Of a stretch of 64,000 nt of DNA, positions 52,827 through 64,000 are shown one piece after another (position 1 is the first letter of the stretch; each line of letters begins with the position of its first letter). Origin of the DNA: Eledone cirrhosa (Eukaryota); NCBI GenBank assembly GCA_964016885.1, contig OZ024741.1, forward strand, positions 330,026,001-330,090,000. Direction: 5' to 3'. The position numbers and the translations under genes were made by a program. The notes under the pieces are model-generated. The model worked only from the letters and a program-made list of their open reading frames with translations. It searched no databases and was not told the DNA's origin.

Positions 52827-53967
52827 CTGAAATATGATGGAGAGGGTGAAATACAGTTACATGTATTTCAGGTGTATATTATGTATGCATGTGTGTGTGT
52901 GTATGTATGTATGTGTGTATATGTATAAACAGACATTTCATCAAGCACTGAAATGTCAATATTTGACGAGGTTTGGTGAAATATCAGTGTTTGATGAAAT
53001 GTAGTGTATGGTAAATGTTACTGTTTGCTGAAAATGTGAAATGAAACCTACTGAATAACACTATGGTCTAGGAAATGAACCTACAACATTGTGAATCCAA
53101 AACTAACGACTAGGCCATACACCTCCACATTTGGATAGATGTCACTACTAGTAAATACAGTGCATGAAAGAAATGACATGAATTTTGGGTGATTTTAAAG
53201 AACATGTGGACCTAGTCTCTGGTTGAAGATATCTTCCTCTGCCCCCACCAGTCTTGGAGACCATGAAAAGTGTCATGGGCATTGCCCTTACCTCTTTGAC
53301 TAAGTAGTAAAAAAAATTATATATATATAAACTGGTATGCTAATGTGCAGAAATGCTATAAAATAGGGAGAAGACACCCAAAGACAGAAAAAAAAGCTGC
53401 CATTGATTACTATTTTGTAGCATCACTGCATATGACTGCACCATTCTTTATATAAACTTTATAACACCACTGCTTTGTGAAAGTCAGAGCAATCGGCTAC
53501 ATATACACAATAAAATATATATTATCATCATTGTCGTTTTAATATCTGCTTTCCCAGCTAACAAGGGTTAGACGGGTTTACATAAGACCAAGTCAATACT
53601 GAGGCAGAATCACTGATCTCCCAGACAGACTAGGGATCTGTCTCGCTTATGTATAGTCTCATGTTCCAGTGAGTGCAGAGGAGCAGTTCTCATGTCTTTG
53701 ACACAACTGAGGGTCCTCTCTACCCTTTGTTTGGCAAGATTTCTACAGCTGGATGCCCTTCCAGATCACTAACGTTCACAAGGTTGTCATGGTCTTGACA
53801 TGAGTGCGGGGTCCTCACAGCCCTTTGTTTAGCAAGCTTTCTACGGCTGGATGCCCTTCCTATCACCAACCACTTTACAGTATGTACTGGGTGCATTTAT
53901 TGTGTGTATATATATATAAACAAAATATGACTATCCTCTAGAAGCAACCAATAAAACAGAAACTCAC

Positions 53968-54048
53968 CATTAGTTCTATGTCTATTTCCTCAGGTTCTGT
54001 AATTGTTCTATCAGGTAGAGTGATGGCTTCTTTTGCTACTTCAACACC
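53968..54048 (-). CDS. MRPL9: MRPL9 coding exon 6
   Basis: tgtag|GVEVAKEAITLPDRTITEPEEIDIELM|gtgagt; 81 nt; resembles vertebrate GVVVAPHTLKLPEEPIT (recalled, not searched). Confidence 0.88.
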
Positions 54049-55329
54049 CTACACAAATAGAAAGGTAATTGAAATGAAAATAAGAACAATACAACAAGTG
54101 TTTTAGGGCCATCTTCCATGCTAAAGCAGGGGTTACCCTTGTGAGTTCCATGACAAGCTTCTCGCTTTTGCCCTATCGGCCTGCATATACCCCCCACCAA
54201 CCCACTAGCTTTCATTTCCTCCTCTATCAGGAGTTCTCAGAGACCTCAACTTGCTCATACTTTCCATATTGGGCATGGTTCTTATGGTTGGATGCCCTTA
54301 CTAATGCCAATCACTTTACAGAGTGTACTGAGTGCATATATTGTGGCACCAGCACTACTACTTTACAGAGAGTTCTGGGTGAATTTTATCATGGCACCAA
54401 CATGAAAAGTGTGTCTGAAATGATAAGGGAATATTTGCTGACTGATACAAGTAAAGAAAGCCCTATTACAAGCGGCAGCTGAACCAGGGACATAAATGTG
54501 AGAGATTATCACATGCTCAGCTAGACTGAAGAGTCCTCACTACCCTATAACATCTCTGATCACGAATCACTTTAAAGAGTCTCTCTCTCTATATATATAC
54601 AACAGGACTAATGATGGCATGTAACTGCTATATGGCAGTATGACATAGCAGTAAATGCAGATTATCTGTAAGAACTAGAGAAGAAAGCAGTTATTGAATA
54701 TTCAATGTCAACTTATGCAAAGGGTTACAAAAAAGAAATAAAATTGTTTCTATGGATGTGATGGCTCAAACAATGCTGTGTTGACAGCAAATGGCTCTTG
54801 TTGATATTTAGATCTGATCAAAGACATTCTAGTTGGGACCATCCCATCTTTTGTTTTCAAGATATAGTGTTTCTACGACTGTGTCCTTCCTTTTTTAAGA
54901 TTGTAGAGTATTTTTTCAGCTACCTGCCTTCCATTTCCAAATTATGAGATCACAGCTCTGATATTATGGGCATGTGGTTAGAATCTCTCTGGAAAGAATC
55001 GCTGGACAAAGACAACCGGCAGGAGATTCAGCGGTAGACCCCCCGAGTAAGATGGTTGGATAACATCCATAATTCGGTTGGACTCACTTGAGGATACAGC
55101 TGGATCATTTGGAGACTGTTGCTTCTGACAGGACCCGCTGGAAGGAATGCTTGAGGACTCTGCCGTGTGAACCTCCCAGGAATAATTGGGTGAAGAATAA
55201 TAATAATAAGAAGAGTATTATTTGAGGGGGAGGTTTGGTTGCTAATTTTATCAAGTCCAGCAAGCAAGTAAAAGCTTTGTTGATGACAACAGAAAAAGAA
55301 AGGTTCAATAAACAAGGGGAATAACTTAC

Positions 55330-55431
55330 CTTCAATCTAAAGGCAACAACAATGTGCTGTTTGTTTAACACCCATGGATTGTCACCACTCATTGGAATAG
55401 TAAGGAACATTTTAGATAATTTATCCAGAGT
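55330..55431 (-). CDS. MRPL9: MRPL9 coding exon 5
   Basis: ttgtag|TLDKLSKMFLTIPMSGDNPWVLNKQHIVVAFRLK|gtaagt; 102 nt. Confidence 0.88.
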
Positions 55432-55699
55432 CTACAAAGAAAATATCAAGAAATGATCATTATATATATGTGTGTGTTTACATTTGTGTCTGTTTACATT
55501 TGTGTGTGTCTGTGTTTGTGTCCCATAACAATGGTTCAACAACAAAAGAGAATGATAAAATAAGAACCAGACAAAATATAAGTACTCAGATCGATATGAT
55601 TAATTAAATGAAGGCGGTGCCTCAGCATGGCCTCAGTCTAATGACTGAAACAAGTAAAAGAATAAACAAACAGAGAAAGAAAAATGTCAACTAACTTAC

Positions 55700-55735
55700 C
55701 ATTTTTGCCCATTGGGATCCTAGAAATTGGTCACC
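55700..55735 (-). CDS. MRPL9: MRPL9 coding exon 4 (36-nt mini-exon)
   Basis: ttcttag|GDQFLGSQWAKM|gtaagt; phase 0-0, strong splice sites. Confidence 0.75.
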
Positions 55736-57068
55736 CTAAGAATATAGAAAAAGAAAATAAAAACTAATATTAAATAACCTTAGATTAGTAGTGGGCAAAA
55801 TTGCCTTTAGTGTGGCCTGGCTTATGAGCCACATCCTATGCGGTCCACTGCTCAAAAAAGTTGCCCATGCCTGCTTTAGATTATTATCATTGATATTTTA
55901 TGGCCATTAAATTCTACAGTCCAAACTGTGAAGTGGTGTTTTGGTGCTACAATAAAAGACACACAGTCCACACTATAAATGTGGCTGGCATTAAGAAGGG
56001 CATCCAATCTTAGAAACTAAGCCAGAAACAATTCTGTATGAGCAAGACATGGTTCTCTGATCTGACTTGGCTCACAATGGGACAACTCGTCTAACCCATG
56101 CTAGCATGGAAAAATTGACATTAAACAGTGATTATGATGTTTTTGATAGCATATATATTCTCTTAAAATTATTATGCTCAATCACATGACAATTTCTTTT
56201 GTGCTGATGCCACCATAATATGTACCCAATGCCATCTGTAAAGTAGTTGACATTAGGAAAGGCATTCAGCTGTAGAAACCATGTTGAAATAGGAAATGTA
56301 TGAGCAAGATGTGGTCTCAAACGATGATGACCTGTCCAAGCCATGCCAGCATGGAAAATGGACATAAAATGATGATGATGAGGAGGATGGTAGGGTGTGA
56401 TTTGAGGGAGATTTGGTTGTTAGTTCAAACAGGTTAAACTGTCATGTTGAGCTCCCTCCATCCACCTTGTTGGCTTTGTTAACTCTTAATATTCTGTAAT
56501 GATTTAGCAGAAAATAACTAAATGTGGGTTTGTCAATTCAAATGTTTATAGTATCTTTATTACTGAATAGATCACTGTGAACATTTGCAGAATGAAAGTT
56601 AAGACTTCATTTGTTTTTGTAATACAGTCACAGTTCTAGTTTATACTTTTCAAGAATATCTTGCAAATGCAGTTTCATGCATTTTGTTAACTCAAATGTT
56701 TATAGTGTCTATACTAGTAGACAGATCATTGTGAAAATTTGCTGAATTAAAATAAAGACTTCAATTTTTATGTAATGCAGTAATAGAGCTGGTTTATACT
56801 TTTCAAGTATGCTTTGCTGCTGCAGTTTCATGTGTAACAAGGCGTTAAAAGCTAAAGCACTTAATTTTTACATAGAAGTTGATTTAAAGAGGCATCATCA
56901 TCATCCCTGCCACCACCACCACCATCATCATCATCACCATTCAAGGACCATTTTCCCAGCTAGCATGGGTTGAACCATTCAGTGATGTGGAATACACTGA
57001 CGTATGCTTTTACAATAAAAAGCTTTAAGCAAGATGGTTCTAATCTAAAGGATTAATGCTTTACTTAC

Positions 57069-57187
57069 TTTGGCAGCAAATCTTTCAATGTTTTCTGGTG
57101 ATGCATACATTGCTAGTCCTGCTGGATACAATGCATTGCGAAATAACTTCCTCTTCACAGTTACCAGTTCATTCTTATAACCTATCC
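57069..57187 (-). CDS. MRPL9: MRPL9 coding exon 3 (L9 N-terminal domain)
   Basis: ttactag|(G)IGYKNELVTVKRKLFRNALYPAGLAMYASPENIERFAAK|gtaagt; the G..G..V.VK....RN.L.P.GLA.YASPEN signature of L9; 119 nt. Confidence 0.93.
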
Positions 57188-57518
57188 CTAGTAAAAGGAT
57201 AGAAAAGAAAAAAAAGAGAAACAAGTCATTGTAGATGTAAGGTTGCCATATCAATTTCATGAAAATTAACACAAAATTTTCAAAAAGTAGCCGAAAATAA
57301 ATCTGGTAAATTAAAATTCTCTCTGTCTCTTTATATATATATATACTTGAAATGACAGTGTCCCAATGAAAATGACCAAAATAATGGTTTCTGATTTAGG
57401 CACAAGGCCAACATCATCATCATCATCATCATCAGGTTTAGCGTCCGTGTTCCACGCTTGCATGGGATTGGACGGGGGTTTTCCCACTTGAGGCAAGAGT
57501 GGTTGTCTTGCTCGCATA

Positions 57519-57750
57519 GGACTGTCTGGCGGGTTTTCTACAGTTGGATGCCCTTCCTAACACCAACCACATTTACAGTGTGGGGCTGGGAGGTTTTTAC
57601 CGTGTTGCCTACACGGCCACATTACAGCGTGGACTGTCTGGCGGGTTTTCTACAGCTGGATGCCCTTCCTAACACCAACCACATTTACAGTGTGGGGCTG
57701 GGAGGTTTTTACCGTGTTGCCTACACGGCCACATTTACAGCGTGGACTGT
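57519..57750. repeat. Tandem duplication of a ~112-bp unit inside a repeat element
   Basis: ggactgt starts at 57519, 57631 and 57744, with near-identical sequence between. Confidence 0.85.
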
Positions 57751-57904
57751 GTTTTTTGTCGTGACACCTACACGATCTCATTTGTTTCGGCCTGGATGTT
57801 GTGGGACCAACATAACTTTACATTGAAAGGGGCGGTGTGGGTGGGGGGGGGGGGGGTGTTTTGATAGAGATGCCTACTGACTGTAGTAGGTTTTTACTTT
57901 GTAT

Positions 57905-58101
57905 TTAGGTAAGGCGGGTCTTCTCTATTACTGAGTACCGCCAAAGGTCTCGGTCCAGTGACATTGTCTTGGAGAGGTGTAAGCGTGTGAGGTCGGAATT
58001 TATCAGCTCGTCCCATGTTTTTCTGGGTCTGCCTACTCCGTGGCTACCGTCTATCTTTATTGCCCTGCACTTTGTTATACAGCTGTCGTCTTTCATGCGC
58101 A
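57905..58101 (-). mobile_element. RTE LINE 3' end fragment
   Basis: MRMKDDSCITKC..GRPRKTWDELI; homologous to 61370-61550. Confidence 0.75.
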
Positions 58102-58524
58102 TCAACAATTTGTTGATTAAATTAACTCCAATACACAACTGGCACTTTATTTTATTGACCCCATAAGGATGAAAGGCAAAGCTAACAGTGACAGGATTTG
58201 AACTCAGAACGTAAAGGGGCATAACTCTATGCTGCAAAACGTCTGGCGCTCTATCGATACTGCCAATCGAATTTTTTCACAAGGCAAGCAATTTGGGGAG
58301 GGGAATTGTGACTATATTGACCCCAATCTTAACAAAGATTACCATGGCGAAATGGTTTGTAATTTAGGCACAAGGAGCAACAATTTTGGGGAAAACTCGA
58401 TTATATCGACCCAGTAATTTACTGATAATTTATTTTAGCCACCCTGGAAGGGTGAAAGTCAAAGTTGATTCTCAACAGGATTTGAAATCAGAATGCAATA
58501 AAATAAGATGTAATCATTTTTTAC

Positions 58525-58681
58525 CATCTATGTTGTCTGTGAGGATGCACTGGATATCAGGAAGTTTTACTAAATTTGTATTTTCAATAAGTTCGTACAC
58601 TCTATGTCTGTCCTTTAGATGTGGCATAACTCCTGGTTTCGTTAATGGAACTGCCCATTTCCGTTTTAAAATACAGGTGCT
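58525..58681 (-). CDS. MRPL9: MRPL9 coding exon 2
   Basis: ttatag|STCILKRKWAVPLTKPGVMPHLKDRHRVYELIENT..ILTDNID-G|gtaaa; 157 nt, phase 1 matches exon 3; RHRVY.L.E.T motif. Confidence 0.92.
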
Positions 58682-59119
58682 CTATAAAATAAAGTAATAC
58701 ATTCATATATTTTTATAGTGACAATACCATCATCAGTTTTATGCTCATTTTTCTATGCTGGCATGGGTTGGATGAGACTTTGTGAGGCAGTATTCTACAG
58801 CCAGATGTCATTCCAGACACCAACTCTAACACATTATTTTCAAGTAAGGTAAGGAGCCTTGCACATTTGATAAGCAGTGGGATTTCTGTTTATGTGGAAC
58901 ACAAACAAATATCCTCACCTATGATGTCCAATGTCAAGAGAAAAGAAGATACATAAGTAAACAAACATACATATATTTCATATACATATGATTTATACAA
59001 GGCTAGAATTGTTTAACTCATTTGAAATGATGATTTTAAACAGTTCTAATCAAGCAGAAGTCATTTCTATATGTACCTACTATGTATTGAGTACCTTATT
59101 TAATTGTGGTTCTCTTCTA

Positions 59120-59435
59120 TTCTTCTTCAGGAAGCCATTCAGAGATAAAGGAATTATTCCAGGTAGAGCTGCTACCTCTCCAAATTGAGAGATCACAGCT
59201 AGAGTACTACAGACACATTGTTAGAATGTCTAAGGAAAGAATCGCGAGACAAATTTTATGGACAAAGATAACTGGCAGAAGATCCAGAGGTAGACCACGA
59301 ACAAAAGGGTTGGATAACATCCATGAGCTCAGTTGGTCTCACTTGGAGATCCATCTGGATCATTTGGAGATGGTTGCTTCTGATAGGACCCTCTGCCCTC
59401 AAAACTCTCCCAGGAATACATGGGTGAAAAAGAGA
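59120..59435 (+). mobile_element. RTE-like LINE 3' fragment (related piece at ~54960-55200)
   Basis: IERSQLEYYRHIVRM..GRRSRGRPRTK.LDNI. Confidence 0.65.
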
Positions 59436-59569
59436 CTATATATTATATGAATAAGATCTCAACACAAATGCTTGCTAACTAAGGTTTCAAACTTCAATCA
59501 GAATTTTATGTCTGCTAGTTTAGTGACTGTACATTACATAGAGCGCTTTTTTTCTTTGATCTATTTTTC

Positions 59570-61560
59570 AGATCTGTAACACAAATTCAAGAAACCAGCC
59601 AACCACTTGATTACCTACAAATCAGAGGGACATACAAGCCAAATAGACTTCATACTCACCAGGAAACAAGACAAGCAATTAATTGTAAATACCAAGTCCT
59701 TCCCTGAGGAGGAATGTACCTCCCAACATAGATTAGTTGTCAGTGACAAGGTAAAAAGAGCCATTAAAACAAAAAGACAAGCCTGGAGAAAATGGAGGAA
59801 TAAAAGGGACCAAAAGCATGAAGGGAGGCAAAGTGCCAAGTATATCTATTGAAGGGAGAGGCAGAAAAGTAGAAGTTTGCACATGTTCTGTGTCATGAGG
59901 ATCAGAGGTGTAAAGTGTTCAGGATTGTGAGATAGTATGCTAGAGAAAATTGTGATATGGTTGGAGAAAAGCGTGTCCGCAATGATAGCAGAGCACTTGC
60001 CCTGCCTGACAATGAAAAGAAAGAGACATGGAAGACATACTATGTGAGACTGCTGAACGAGGAAAATGAATGGGACAATGAGAGCCAACCCCATGCAGAG
60101 GGACCAACCATAAAAGTTGACAGCAGTAAAATAGATAAAGCAATTAAGGACATGTAGGCTGGGAAAGCAGTTAAACCATCTGATATAGTCACTGAGATGC
60201 TAAAAGCATCTGACATAGTAGGATATGAACTAGTCAGACACAGTTAATCAAGTAGTACAGGATGATGTCATACCCAATGACTGGTGTAGCAGTGTCATTG
60301 TAAATTGCTACATGGGAAAATGGAATGCTCTAGAGAGAAATAACTACAGAGGCATCAAACTGATGGACCAGGTCATGAAAGTTGCTGAAAAGTTTATAGC
60401 ACAACTAATCAGGGACAGAATCAAGTTAGATGAGATACAGTTTGATGCTCTCATTCTGGTGAAACAACCAAAGAAGAGGTATGTAGCTAAGAGTAAGCCA
60501 CTGTATCTAGCATTTGTAGATCTAGAGAAAGCCTTTCACAGGGTCCCACACTCTATAATCTGATGGGCACTTAGGAAGCTAGGTGCAGACAAATGGCTTG
60601 TGAGGGCTGTGCAAGCCATGAATAGAGGAGCAACCAACAGAGTGAGAGTTGGAAATGAGTACAGTGATGAATTTGAAGTACAGGTGGGAGTCCACCAGGC
60701 ACTCCATGGGAGTTACTTTATGCTGATGACCAAGTCCTCGTAGCTGAGTCCGCAGGAGAGTTAGAAGCAAAATTTCAAGCATGGAAGAAGAACCTAGAGC
60801 TGAAAGTAAATATAACAGACGATAGTCTTAATAAGTAGGAAAAGAGACAGGAAAGTGGTGGGTAGAAACTCCATAACATGCACACAATGTAAAGTATGGA
60901 AGCACAAAAGATGTAGTGTGATTGCAGTTAGGCTAACAGAAAAGATAGACTTTTTATGCAGCAGATGATCAGGGGAAGTAAGCACAAAGAACACATGTGT
61001 AATAGATTTTCTCAGCTGCCAAGGGAGCTCTCTAGAGGCTATGGACAACTTTTGCTATCTAGGTTATCAAATTAGTAGTGTGGGATGATGCACTGAAAGT
61101 GTGTGAGCTAGGATAAGAACAGGCTGGAGGAAAATTAGAGATTTATTACCACAGCTAACAACAAAATGCTTTTCTCTCAGAGTGAAGAGTAGACTGTATG
61201 ATGTTACATGGCAGTGAAATGAGGCTTAACTGCAGAAGACCTGCAGAGACCAGAAAGAAATGAGTAAGCCCTGATGGATGTGCAATGTTAGTGTGCATAA
61301 GCAACATAGCATGAGAGGAATTGGTTGTAGTGTGCAAGAGAGAAGACTGCATTGGTTTGGCCATGTGATGTGCATGGAAGATGGCAGCTCCATAAAGAAA
61401 TGTAGAGAAACCCCAGTGACTGGGACCCGTGGAAGAGGCAGACCCAGGAAGATATGGGATGAGGTTGTAAGGACTGACCTTAGAAAGCTAAACCTTACAA
61501 CAGAAATGACTAAAGGCTGTTAAGGCTGGTGCTATGCAGTGTTGAAGAAGACTCGACCTG
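59570..61560 (+). mobile_element. RTE-clade LINE, decayed, with internal deletions
   Basis: APE end (ITY.S..SQIDFIL..SQHRLVV), NYRGIKLM, LAFVDLEKAF, RRLHWFGHV, GRGRPRKIW; colinear with 46740-48530. Confidence 0.9.
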
Positions 61561-62563
61561 CAGCTTACAATGTGACCTGAACTACCCTCCCCCTAGCACT
61601 CCCTAACAGTTATTCTCAACTTTACTACTTCAAACCCCAGCTCCCCTATCAACTCCATGAAGTGGTTGGTGACAGGAAGGGCTTCAAGCCATGGAGAGCT
61701 TGCCAAGCAAGCAAAGGGCCGGGAGGACCTTTCAGTCATGTCAAGGACATGACGGCCTCCCTAGTGTTGGGGATCAACATGGTTGGTGATCAACGTGGTT
61801 GGTGATAGGAAGAGCATCCAGCCATAGAAATCTTGCCAAACAAGGGGTTGAGAGAACCCTTAGTTGTGTCAAAGACATGACAACCTCTCCTGAGCACTCA
61901 ATGGAATGCGAGACTGTACATAAGCGCACATGTCCCTAGCTCGCTTGGGAGATCAGTGGCTCCATTTCAGCACAGACTTGGTTTATATGAATCCGCCCAA
62001 CCTTTACTAGCAGGGAAAGTGAATGATGACAACGATATATATATATACACACAACAGGCTTTGTACACTTTCCATCCAGCAAATTCCCTCACAAGGCATT
62101 GGTCAGCTCAAGACTAGAGTAGTAGACTCTTGCCCAAGGTGCTATGGATTGAGAGGGAACCAAAGACAACATTGTTACAAAACAAACTTCTTAACTACAT
62201 TTATCCATTGATGTAATTTCAAAATCCGTTCACAAGATTATCTCTCTAAATTAATATAGTCCACTCCACTTCCACACTGAACAACTCTGTGATAATAATA
62301 ACAAACATTTAAAGCCAATTTTCGCCACTGAAGCAGGGATCAGCATTGTAGGACCTTATGACACAGGAATCTTTTGGGGCAATATTTTACAGCCAGATGC
62401 CCTTCTTGGTGCCAACACTTTTAGTCACCTTTTACAACACGCAGGGATATGGTGTACCTTTTTTCTAAACTGGATATACAGAGTATCCTCTGGGATAAAG
62501 ACAATCAAAAACAAAATGTTTAACAACATTCAATAAAAGAAAAACTGTTCAAGTGAGACCTAC

Positions 62564-62659
62564 CCGTGCTGGTACTAAGTATGAGTTCATATAATTCTTG
62601 TTGATTTGAACATACAAGGAATTTCGGCATTGGTGCATTTTTCGAATTAAAGATGCCAT
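62564..62659 (-). CDS. MRPL9: MRPL9 coding exon 1 (mitochondrial targeting peptide)
   Basis: ttcatag|ATG MASLIRKMHQCRNSLYVQINKNYMNSYLVPAR|gtaggt; basic, no acidic residues, 96 nt, phase 0 into exon 2. Confidence 0.82.
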
Positions 62660-62704
62660 CTATGAAATAAATAAAACTATATAAAAAATATTTTAAATAC
62701 AATA

Positions 62705-63065
62705 ATAAAGGTTTCTGATTTTGGGACAAGGCCAACAATTTTTGAGGAGGGGAAAGTGGATTATATCAACCTCAGTGCATTACTAGTGCTACTGTATCAA
62801 CCGCGTAAGGATGAAAGGCAAAGCTGATCTCGTCGGGATTTGACCTCGGAAAGTAAACGGACGTAATTATATGACAAAGGGCGGTGGATTGGCAGTATCG
62901 ATCGGTAGAGGGTCGGACACCATGCCTTGCAGCAAAGAGTTATGGTCTGAGTTCAAATCCCGCCGAGGTTAACTTTGCCTTTCATCCTTACGGGGTCGAT
63001 AAAATAAAGTACCAGTGGTACACTGGAATAATTGCTGGCCTTGTGCCAAAAGCAGAAACAATTAT
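62705..63065. mobile_element. Two SINE copies in opposite orientation (- at ~62705-62860, + at ~62878-63065)
   Basis: aaggatgaaaggcaaag..gggatttga is complementary to ttcaaatccc..ctttgcctttcatcctt. Confidence 0.7.
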
Positions 63066-63837
63066 GACAAAAAGCATGTTGTTCAACGCACTACTGACAC
63101 TGCCAATCCATCACCCTCCGTGGTTGCCATAGTGATTTACACGTTAGTCGCGGTTCTTTTCTTCACCACATATTGAGTCCTGAATTCAATAATATTATTT
63201 ATTAGCATATATATATATATGTGTGTGTGTAAGTTTATACTATCACACCAGTCACTGAGACAGGTGTAATAGCAAATTTTCATTTAATTTTAAGGGTAAT
63301 AAATCGATAGGTTTGGTTAGAATTCTGAAAGTGATATCTATGATTTTTAATAGTGTTTTCAACGTATATAGCCTTTTAAATCGTCGAAAATTACTTGTTT
63401 CTGTGGTTCCCTCGCCCGAGAGAATTACAACACCCGTATCCGAGATGGGTGTAACAATAAACATAATCGCGCACGAGCGAACCCTAATGTGGATATACGA
63501 AATCAATACGATGAGTTTGACAAGATATTTTAAGTCTTCTTATTTCGAACACTAATGTCAATGATTCAGAAAATGAGGTGTTGTAGCATTCATGCCATTT
63601 CGATTTAGCAAAATAAAGTGGGGAAATGGAAGAAAGTCGAATTTCAGAGTCGGCTAACACAGCTTAAATTCCATTTAAACACACGCTGCATGCAATATTG
63701 GAACATAGATCACACTAGTTCAACTTCTTGGGCTTTTATAACTAAGCATTTGTATCTTCATTGCTAAGCCTATATATATCTTATATATATATATATATAT
63801 GACTAAATTATATTCAAATTTCAGCCATATATCTTAC

Positions 63838-63930
63838 CGTATATAATAGTGAGACACTGAAAAACAATCAACTGACCTTGTAAAGACAACCAAAACATTC
63901 AACTCTCTCAGTCTCTGAGCGGAAGTGGAT
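63838..63930 (-). promoter_or_regulatory. Candidate MRPL9 promoter / non-coding first exon
   Basis: ETS-type cggaagtg at 63920-27; minus-strand donors acg|gtaaga (63837) and aag|gtcagt (63876). The ATG exon has an acceptor, so an upstream exon is required. Confidence 0.5.
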
Positions 63931-64000
63931 TTTTTAACAATTTCGCAGCAACTGAAATTGCTAACGATCACAAAATATATTATTTATATATCTATTTAAT

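Noticed and set aside
63252-63555. Overlapping 80-84 aa ORFs and a short hairpin (acaccc..gggtgt)
   Set aside because: No recognisable motif or splice context; probably an unclassified repeat in the MRPL9 5' intron.

Overview
Eukaryotic, AT- and microsatellite-rich genomic DNA. It is most likely from a coleoid cephalopod (octopus-like), inferred from the repeat types and the single-exon C2H2 zinc-finger genes; this was not verified. Contents in order: (1) 1-3390, a Tx1/L1-clade LINE ORF2 carrying three lesions. (2) A 13-finger C2H2 gene on + (7014-8192). (3) A ~26 kb satellite of ~815 copies of a 32-bp unit (9287-35494), with a variable 6-nt core, domain structure and a 3808-bp higher-order duplication. 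(4) A convergent 7-finger C2H2 gene on - (41437-42123). (5) A seven-coding-exon MRPL9 gene on - (62659 to 52689, 242 aa), assembled by hand and largely missed by the ORF track. Between these lie decayed Penelope-like, RTE, CRE-like, mariner, MITE and SINE copies, plus small inverted-repeat elements, two of which carry a complete minimal hammerhead ribozyme core. All calls are by eye; no database searches were run.
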